Assembly (NCBI GenBank): GCA_965153355.1 | Contig: OZ231126.1 | Coordinates: forward strand, 47,802,001 to 47,866,000 | DNA length: 64,000 nt | Origin: Flaccisagitta enflata | Lineage: Eukaryota | Direction of reading: 5' to 3' | Shown here: in pieces, positions 54,301 to 64,000 of the stretch | Layout of the letters: each line of letters starts with the position of its first letter | Position numbering within the stretch: position 1 is the stretch's first letter | Program-made: the position numbers and the translations under genes | Notes under the pieces: generated by a model | What the model saw: the letters and a program-made list of their open reading frames with translations, nothing else | Told to the model about the DNA's origin: nothing | Database searches by the model: none

Positions 54301-57300
54301 TTGGATTTCTGTTGTCAATTGGATAAAAGATATTCACAACTAATCGGGAAAAACGTCGAAGTCAGTCTTGACTTTTTGACATATTAGAGAAAAACATGGT
54401 TTTCATTTTCTTATGCGGAAGTTGAGCATCTCCATCGACCGATTGGTCCCTCCAACAAAATTCATGAGGTAAGTAAATTTGATAATTCTCTTTCATTTGG
54501 CACCAAGCAGAATGCTCTACGACAAATATCTTTCGCGTTATGATTTTTTAAAGATTTATTTACAAAAAATTCAAATTGAATTATTTTCTATGATTTTGTG
54601 TAAGATCAATAAAGGAGTGTAGCTATGTTTGTTTGAGCATGCAAATACAAGAAAAAATGTCAGAGAGCAGAGCTGCTCATCTGTGAGGGTGTTTTAAAGT
54701 ATTCTAGCTCATTTAGCTTATTTAGCTCGCTCTTTTTTCTGATTTCAAAACATAAATATAAATATTTTGATTTAAGCATGCAATTAAAAGAAAGCATATC
54801 AGTGAGCACAGCTGGTTGTCTGGTTTAGTGATTTTGAATATTGCAGCTAATCTAGCTCATTTGGCTCAATCCTTTTTTTCAATGCATACAATTATTCTTG
54901 ATTTGATCTAACAAAAAAAAAATAGCAGTGACTGAAGAGAAAAGCTTGGTGAAAAGTGAACAACGCTTACGACTTTTTACCTCACGGCGGCAGCCGCCAT
55001 TACTGGTAAACCTTTATGTTTGACCATTATCTTAACGGAAAAGATAAGTTCAAAATAGTTTTTGAATGCACTTTTGAAATTTTGCCATATTTATTGGACA
55101 CTGTTATTTCCAAGATGGTACTAAAGGTTCCCTTACCCCGTTCGCGTCGCTCTTTTCTTCCTTCGAACCCTTTTTGTTGTCTTGATATTCTCCGATAATA
55201 TCGTTGACCGTGTCGCGGAATTTCGGCCAAAACTTCTCCGGAATCGTGATGGCAGTCCGGAAGTTAGTGCGAACCTTGAGGGAAGAGGTTATGATAAATG
55301 ATAAATCTGACGAAAAGCGGCTTGTAATCAAACAAAAGAGAACATAAATAAAAACGGTTGTCTCTATATTTTACAATCAAATCTAATAAAAAGAAACGAT
55401 AATATATTAAAACAACTTTAAGAACAGGGAATGAAATTAAGTATTTTAAAATTCGACTGCAAAATGCAACTTTTAAAGACCATCTCCACTAACTGACCTC
55501 TGAAACTCGAAGGAAAGTTCCGCGTTCGTTATTTCCGGTGTCAAAGTAGAAAATTTTGTTATCGGCGCGCATAAATCTGGAGGCTGGGAGTTTGGCGACT
55601 CCCGCCGCTTCATCGGCGTCGTCGCCCCCATACTCTTCCAACAAGTCCGTCAGCGCGTCGCGAAACTCAATCAGACCCTGGGCGGGAATCGCGATCTGCG
55701 ACCGACCGCCTTGATTCCGTCTGTTGGGGGGTGAGGAGAGATTAGAACTTCATAAATTTAGAAAGGACAATTAAACCCTGCCATAATGGATCTGAGAGAA
55801 ACTGAAATCTGCCTACATCGAATATTTCATAATCTATTCATAACAATTTCCTTCAATTCCTATGAAGGTAATAACAAAAATGCGCCTTCAAAAAATACAA
55901 TTTTTTGGTCCCATAACACCCGCTAATGCGGGGTTTTACTGTATGAAGAGGGGAATAACCATGTATCGGTGGCAAAGAATGCGTGAATGCGCTGGATCAT
56001 GAAGGAGCGAGTGATAGAATGTGTTGGGGACGATGGTGTGTGAGCCCACGGAGAAAAAGCAAGTGCCGTAGTGAGTGATTGCAACGCAACTTAGATAATC
56101 AGCGCTTCCATGAATAATTCAAAGACGAAAGTTTTGGAATGCTTTACCCAGGATTCGTTTGAGAAACTCTCAGAAAGCGTCCGCGTTGATTTTCTTTCAG
56201 ATCGAGATAATATCTCCTGTTATCTTTGACGATGATTTCGCTCTTCAGTTTTCCATCGTCGGGAAGGTTCTCTTGACTAGGTGGACCCAATGATGCGTAA
56301 TGCTCGCTGAAGTCCTGAGTAGATGCCCAGATAGGAACGTATGAATGTACTATCTAGGAAATGAATATACGGACACCTAACCATGATCATAGCAGCTAAA
56401 CTTGAATAACCCATGCAAAAAATGAAAGCAGATCAACAAACTAAGACAAAAACTCTTCCATTCAAGACCAAGCAGAGCTCAGTGGCTTCATCCGTTTTCA
56501 AATGACAGCGTTTTGAAGAAAAATAGTCCTTTTACCAACCTTATTTTGAGGGTTTCAATATAAATTTCCTTGGACAACCTACATTGGAAAAGCCCTTAAA
56601 TCTAGACGGATTAACCAAATCCATTATGCTTGACCTCATTAGATAACATTTTTTAATGTAGTTTTTGATTGTTAAAAACGTTAAAGGCTACAGTGAAACA
56701 GATTGCTGTAAAAGTATCTAATATCAATGGAAAACACAACTGATTCAATGATTTCTTTGTTACCTTTTGAGAAATCAGGGATATATCTATTCAAGTTAAA
56801 AAATCATAGACCAATCCCATTCCCATAGAAACTGAAAACTGAGACACTTGATCGAACAAAATACCCTATGACTGTAAATTGATTCATTTGTTTATAGATT
56901 TCATTCAGTGGATAAAAAGGCTAAGTTTTATTCAGCTGCCCGTATTTTTATTTGCTAGATACAGTAGATCTCGTCTAGACTTGAGATAACGGGGGCAAGC
57001 ATTGTAGATTAACAAATGAAGCCAGGGGATTGATATTTGGAACATAGACTAATAAAATGATGCTTTATTGCCCATGATAGTTGGTTGCCATGGAAACGCA
57101 TTTCCATGTATTTACGCTAAAGTATCAATATTTTGAGAAATTTTTTGAGGGAACATTGCTTAAAATCAAATTTGCTACAACTTTCCCACAGTATGTTCTG
57201 TAAGAATGTCGCTCGTTTAGCGGTTGCTAGGGGTTGTCACACATGGATACGCTCCCTAGCAACGGCCAAACGAGCGATATTCTTACAGAACATACTGTGG

Positions 57301-58404
57301 GAAAGTCATAGCAAATTTAATTCTAAGCAATGTTCCCTCAAAAAATTTCTCAAAATATTGATATTTTAGCATAAATACATGGAAATGCGTTTCCATGGCA
57401 ACCAAGTATCATGGGGAATAAATCATTCCTTTATTAATTTATATTCCAAATATCAGCCCTCTAGTTTCATTTGTTCTTCTATAGTGCTTGCCCCCATTAT
57501 CTCAAGTCTAGACGAGATCTACTGTAGTAATTAACTTCTCGCATTCACTTTCGTCAGCGAGAGGCGATTTTGCACAAAGAATTTTCGGAGCGAATTCTAT
57601 TCTAGGGCAGGATTAAATGGGTGGCTCAAAGGACCCTTTAAAACCTCTCTTTGTACGTATTTCTCCTCAAAAAACTCTGTACCACCTCTGTAATCACCTC
57701 TTTGCAGTAGGATAAACGACAATCAACCTACTAAACAGTGACAAGTTTGTTAACTCACCGTGAGATGATCTCGAAACTCCGACGCCGTGAACATAGAAAG
57801 AAGCAGCCGAGACTTTTTGCCTCCGGCTCCGACCTCGGCTATCTTCATAAACCGTCCGCGGCGATTCTGTTTAACGTCGAGATAGAATCGCTTTGACTGA
57901 ATCTGAAGCATTTTCGTGGCCAATTCCTCCTCGTGACCCCCGCCACCATCCCCGTCGAGCAAGTCGGATGAAGCAGACCCGCCGGCGGCGCCCCCAACCC
58001 GATTACCGCCACCCGAATCGCCGCCACCTCCGCTGCGAGAAGCTCCGGCGCCGCCTCCACGCCCTGACAAACGTGAAGAAACTTAATTATAAGGCGGGGA
58101 ATGGCCGTTCGGTTGTAATTAACAATAGCGGACCAACAAATACCACATATCATTCAAAGATTACTAAATTACTAATAACCAATAAGAGAAATGACAAGAT
58201 CTTAGCCCATTTAAAGTAAATTTTCATTATTCTTGGATCTGCTAAAGTAGAGGTCAATCTATCACAACAGAGTTTAGTTTTCAGGTTTTTACATTTTCTA
58301 CGGATCTACGATACCAAATCGTATCACAAGTGTTCCAACCAACTTTCCTTGCCTCCAGGCTCACCTCTATTGGGACCAGCTCCATGTCTGTGCTGGTCGC
58401 TCAT
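51374..58404 (-). CDS. PURA: Pur-alpha; exons 58404-58365, 58063-57759, 56314-56148, 55720-55498, 55274-55137, 51544-51374
   Basis: Gly-rich N-terminus; three PUR repeats ([64 protein letters not shown]); acidic tail. First and last exons are less certain. Confidence 0.93.
51916..54037. mobile_element. 2.1-kb foldback element with ~1-kb inverted arms, TA-flanked, in the last PURA intron
   Basis: TA-CAGTACTAGTATCGAAGAACTGTAAAACT...AGTTTTACAGTTCTTCGATACTAGTACTG-TA; arms at ~51916-52897 and ~53062-54037. Confidence 0.93.
56962..57524. mobile_element. TA-flanked palindromic MITE in a PURA intron
   Basis: TA-CAGTAGATCTCGTCTAGACTTGAGATAA...TTATCTCAAGTCTAGACGAGATCTACTG-TA. Confidence 0.9.
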
Positions 58405-60032
58405 TCTCTTGCTGTTGCATTGAAAATATTTCGCAGTTCGGTATTCATGGGTGCATGGAGAAAGGCAGACGTGGAAAATGAACTAGACGAGGATGAGCCC
58501 AATATTTATTGATTTAATGTATTCAAATCTCTAAATGCCGTTAGTTTGTTTTTTGGTTTTTTTTTGTTTTTTTTTTAATTTTAGTTTGAAACTCCTTACA
58601 AATTTGATTTCCTGATTGCAATCGTTTGAGTACTATTGTTTTTTTATTAAATGAAGCGATGATAAATCCTTTCCCAAGTAAATAAATCCAAGACGCAAGC
58701 TTGCGGCAGTAGACCTATCGGTCGAGCTCACTCCAACAAGGGTCAAGAAGGGGAACCGACCTGTCATAGACGAGAGTAAGGAAAAATCATATTCGAAAGC
58801 CGACAAAATTTTTTATCATAGACATGGGGCGACCACAATTGAACTCGAATGAAAACATAAAACAATATTTTGACTTTTCAGTACCAACGATAATTTTCAA
58901 CAGCTTAAATATTAGCGTGTGACGGTGAGATACAAAGAGTCGAAATCATTGTATCCGCTGCGTGGTCACCCACAATATATAGACATATATCACCTTCCAC
59001 TATTCCACAACGAATAAAAAGAAGTGAGCCCTTCTTCGGAGCTTTTTAAGCGATGGACCGAATCTACAGCTAGGTGGTTGGTGGGTAGAAACTTTCCACT
59101 GGGGAAAGTATATGGCGCTACGTCTACGAACGGGAAACAGAAAAGCGCTGAATCGACCCCCTCAACTGTTAAAGGCAAAACAAATGAGACAATTCCGACG
59201 TTCCATGGCCCCATGGGGAAATGAGGGAATAATGGAAGGCGCACAAGGGTTGGGGTCGAGTGGGGAGCGTTTAAAACGGTAAATTTGTCTCTTATCTATG
59301 GTTCATTCATTCATTCATTCATTCAATCATTCGATGCAAGCAGCAGAGATCAATTTCCTAACAAACAGGTGATTGCATAAACCGTGACTTGTCACAAATT
59401 TCTTGGATCGATAGGTCAATAGTGACCAAACTATGAAACCACGCTTTGTCCTGTGATCAGATGTAAAACACTAGAAGTTTTCACAACCATGCAGCAGGGC
59501 AGGGCAGGCGCGCCGAGTGAAAGTTCGAGGGGTAGAATGTTTCTTACTAGTTGGGGCCCAAAGCACTACACTTTGTACAGTCTAAAACCGATGATATAAT
59601 AAATGTGAACTGACAGTGAACGTGTCAAAACAAAATAAAGATAAGTTATGAAAATCTATGTTTAGCTAAAAAACACTAAAAGAGAATGAGAGGAGAGAGA
59701 GGAGAGGAGAGAAGAAAGAAAGAGAGAAAGAAAGATCGACCAAGACAGCTTTGCAAACGTATGCTTTGCGTTAGTATCTTGGAATGCACGATATTGTAAA
59801 ATTTGAGAGAAAGTCAACAGAGAAGGTTGAAAGAAGGGCCAATGGAGTCAGATAGGAAGGGGAGGAAAAGTAGAGAAGGGTATAAAAAAAGGAGAAAGAA
59901 GGAGAAAGTAAAAGAAAGTAAGAGTAAAAGAGGAAATGGAAAAAAAAAGGAGAGGAGCCGTTAGTCACTATACTATGGTTTGAATCGTGATCACGCAGCA
60001 TCATCAGCGGCCGGCGTGACCACGTCCTCGCG

Positions 60033-62705
60033 TCATGAGGGTTTATCGATGATGGCGACGGCGGCGTAACTTCGCCCGATCGTCATGCAAGTTGGAAGGA
60101 AAGTCCAAGTATCCGTCCGCGGGTTGTAGTACTCAACCGAAACGAGATTTGACGAACCGTCATCTCCACCCACCACGTACAAATAGCTGGAATACAAAAA
60201 AAAAAAGGCATTCAAATAAACCCTCGGATTGCTGTGCTAAAATCATCGGTTTCGCCATCGCAAAGGGGACATCGTTGGGCTCAGGGATTGGGAATTGACC
60301 ATAACGAAGTTGGTGACAAAAGATTTGGATCATTCTCGATTGCTCCATTGTACATGAATATCGCATGATAATCCCCCGCGATCGACACAGACCAGTAGAT
60401 TTATCAACCAGTTCTCATAATGAACTGCCGTCATTCTTCATTTTCATCGTCTTGGCGAATTGGACAGCTTACTCGCGGTCTGCTTGCGAGGTTAAGGATT
60501 CGAGGCGAATTCTTCGGTTTACCGTCTGAACAGAGGTGCCGAGCTGATACTCACCCGTTATGCGCGACGACGCCGGCGTTGCGTCGACACAGATGCATAT
60601 CGGCGACGTTGGACCACTGATTGGTTTCGGGATTGTAAACCTCGACGCTTTTACGCACGAGCGGGCCGTCGTGTCCTCCAACGGCGTAGAGCTTCCCTTC
60701 GAGCACGCCGACGCCGGCTCCTGACCGCCGCGTCGACATTTCACAAATGAGGATCCATTGATCGTTGTCCACGTCGTAGCGCTCCACCGTGCTTAGGCAC
60801 TGACGAGAGGCGCCGTCGTATCCGCCGACGGCGTACAAAAATCCGGCGAGAACGCCAACACCCACGCTGCTCCGACGCGTCGACATCGGAGCGATCATTC
60901 GCCACTCGTTTGACTGGATGCAGTACACTTCGGCGCTGTTCAAACCTGTTTCAAAAGGCAAACGTCAAGACTATCAAAGATCAAGACCATCAATAATATC
61001 ACCACCACCACAATTACCACAAGTGTTGAGTGCATATCATGAGTTCATGACATATATAGAACCCTTATCATGTTTATGACAGCCGATTGATCAGATACCA
61101 AACTGACGATAAACCTGAAGAACCGTCGAAACCGCCGACGGCAAAGATTTGATTGTTTAGGACGGCGGCGCCCAGCGTGGATCTTCTTGCCTCCATGGAA
61201 GCGACGTTAGACCATGTGTCCTTCAGTGGGTCGAAGACGTCCACGGTCCGTACGCGTAACGAACCGTTGAAACCACCGACGGCGAAAACCTGAGAGTTTA
61301 CGACTGCCACGCCAGCGCGACATCTGGTGGGCGTCATAGGGGGGGGGGGAGAGGAAATAGAAATAGATATGATCAGATCAGAATATCAAGCGTATGAAAA
61401 GGGCTGGTCAAATTTGGATAAATTTTGGGCAACCTTTGGGCTATTGAGCCTCTGAGTCATTGAGTTTTGAGCCTATGAGTCCAAAACAAGCCCTCAGTCG
61501 ATGGAAATTTATTTTAACTGATGGAAGAAGACTATGAAGCTAAATACACAACCTGGTGACTTCAACCAATCATGTCCTTGATGTTGAGGTTTGGCATAAC
61601 AAAACTGTCACTTATTACCAACATATACTGAAGACTTTTGGTCCAGTAGTTTTAGAGTTATAAAAGTTTACAATAACGCACTTCAATCCGAAGACGGTGT
61701 ACTCTTGCCTTCTCTAAGCACCCTGGAGGACGTATTAACACACCTTCTCGAGGGCATTTCGGCCATTTGGTACCAACGCTCTTCTTTAAAATCGTAGCAC
61801 TCGACGCTGCGAATGGCCTTTGGTGCTTGACCCCCGATGACTAGCAGGACCTTTGGTCGACCCACGGGGGCGCGGGGGCGCGTCCGAGGGGTTTTGTAAA
61901 GCGTCTTTTGGTCGGGCCTAACCGGAAATGGTTAAGTCTCGTAAAGTGTCTTTTGCCAACGCGTCTTTTCAAATGAAAATGAAGATAACTTCCTCATGGG
62001 AGAGAAGAGGCAAACGTCATCAGTTCTTTTTTTTCAAATATTGGTCAGACAAATACCTACCTCAACAAGTGATATTTCATAGCTTCGATGAGAATATCCT
62101 TGCAGAACGAGTTGCTCTTGACTAAGGCGGATTCTTCCACATTGCTCACCAAATATTCTTGATCCAACAAAGGAAGACGCACGTATTGAAGAAGCTGGCC
62201 GATCTGTAGGAAATAGCATATAGGAGTGCAGTGGTCTAAGGTTGAGTGAGTAACAAACACCAAATTTGAGAGTATGCCAATGAACACCACCCAATTGACA
62301 ACACATCGCAGGTCAAAGCTAAACGATTCTCACTTGCTCTTGACGCGAAGGAAGATCGTGATTAACCCAGGCAATGATGGATTCGAAGACTTTCTCTTCA
62401 GATGGAACGGACAAGTTATCCGACTGAACGAGAGAGATAACCTTCTCCACACTCAATGCAAGGAATTCCTCGCCTGCAAAAGATTATAAATATATAAGAA
62501 TCAAATACAGCAACATCCCGCTAAAAGCCAACAAGAAGTTACGAAAATCCGCCTAGGACAAATTTAAAATGGTTTTCTTTCACACGCCCATTGCTCACTA
62601 TTGATTGTGAAACAAAACCCGACTTTGTCCAGTTACATTAGGCTAACGTACTACGTAAACCTTTTCCCACTTTGTTCATATACCGGCAACGACTTCGCAA
62701 AAGTG
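60033..62705 (-). CDS. Kelch / KLHL2-KLHL3 family BTB-BACK-Kelch protein, 3' part; exons 62705-62684, 62473-62334, 62203-62061, 61917-61744, 61323-61115, ~60944-60555, ~60187-60033
   Basis: BACK domain (EEFL..., EEKVFE...W, VRLPLL), then [61 protein letters not shown] and [14 protein letters not shown] exons lie beyond the window. Confidence 0.95.
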
Positions 62706-64000
62706 CTGTTATTTGTGGTTTATAGAAAAATTAAGATCAGACGAAGAAGAAATCAGATAGCTTAAAAAATGATAGAGAAGAGGAAATGAAAATTGATTTA
62801 ACAATAAATGACAGATTTAAAATGATAGACGAAAATTAACAGATTTAAAATGACAGATGAAAATTGGCAGATTTAAAGGACAAATTTAAAAGATCAGAAT
62901 GAAATACATGTAAAGTTGTAAACATAAAGAAGAAAGAAATTAGTCCTAACCAGAGCGGGCTGTGGACCGTCTTAAAAGATTAAGACTGGGTTAAAGCTTC
63001 CATCCCCAATTATTCTCTGGTAAAATTAAAAGAGCACCTCTTGTATCATAAAACTTGCATATAGATTGAAATACAACAATCTAAATGAGAGTAAAATGAA
63101 AGCAGGCGCCCTTATCTTTAATAACAAAGTATAATACGAAAAGGAAAAGGAAAAGTGAACATAAAAAGTGGTCATGAAAGATGAAAGGAGAGATATACAG
63201 AAAGACCAAGACAAAGCATGAGCATGGAAAGAAACCATGAAGGTAGAAAGGTCAAAGTGAAATGAAACATCATGAGGGAAGGTTGAAAAAGAGAGCTCCA
63301 AAACTGAAGCCCATAGAAACAAAAAGAGTGGTCATGAAGAGGAAAATGAGTGTCAAAAGGAATTAGAGGAATGAGGGTTGGGAATTGACCAATGGGGAAG
63401 AGGTGGTTAAGAAAAGATTAGGATACAATCTGGGTAAGAAAAAGGCGAAGAAAAAGGGGAAATAGTTAGTAATTTTAAATCATCTAGTTTACCGCATATC
63501 TTTACAAAGATGCTAACATTAGTATATTATAATATACTATAATTTAATATAATCCAATATATTAACTTAGGTTAGCATAAAATGACACATTTTAACCGTT
63601 ATTTAAAAAAAAAAAAAAAAATTCATTTTTTGTTTTATGACAAATGTAAACTCTAAAGGAGAATGACAAAGACCCCTAAATTCCCAACAATGATAAGAAG
63701 CAAGAAGCAAAAACTCAACTAGTTTACAAATTAATTAACTATCGAGTAAACTAATTAACTGACTAGTATAGGGAGGGGTGTTAACCTTTCAGAGCTGGGC
63801 TACATAATAACATCCAGATGAAAGCAATATAATAAATTCAAGCTACATAATAACATCTGAATTTATTATATTGAGCTAGCTAGTTAGTTATTGGCTAAGA
63901 GTGGTAAATCTATGTGTATTGTTTTCTGGTATGGGTTGGGAAAAGGAAGGGATCATTGAATTAGGAAGGGCACTATCTGGTGAAAGGTTATCTTGTGGGT

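Noticed and set aside
54978-55012. Possible extra PURA mini-exon (GC-rich patch with AG/GT)
   Set aside because: Introduces a stop in the expected phase; no support without transcripts.

Overview
Eukaryotic genomic DNA from an invertebrate animal; the host cannot be named from sequence alone. Positions 1-13050 hold the 5' 13 kb of a very large, apparently intact Ty3/gypsy LTR retrotransposon on the minus strand. It has a 633-bp LTR (TGTGT...ACACA) and a tRNA-Leu PBS, then about 6.4 kb of extra coding sequence upstream of gag: ORFs of 88 aa, 500 aa (membrane-anchored) and 1545 aa. The 1545-aa ORF carries polyQ, a complete IAP-type BIR domain and a long acidic tract. These are followed by gag with a CCHC knuckle and a -1-frameshifted, stop-free pol (PR-RT-RH-IN) that runs off the left edge and is absent from the ORF track. 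At 14-20.6 kb are three plus-strand exons of an unrecognised single-pass membrane protein with two PPxY motifs. The 21-31 kb region is mostly nested MITEs, Helentron-like elements and minisatellites. From 31.4 to 62.7 kb there are eight consecutive intron-containing host genes, all on the minus strand: PSMC5, RPL27A, ARPC5, EIF1, LDAH, FBXO30/40-like, PURA and kelch/KLHL2-3 (partial), with MITE-expanded introns. The most striking system is the giant retrotransposon carrying an anti-apoptotic-type BIR module ahead of, and possibly fused to, Gag.
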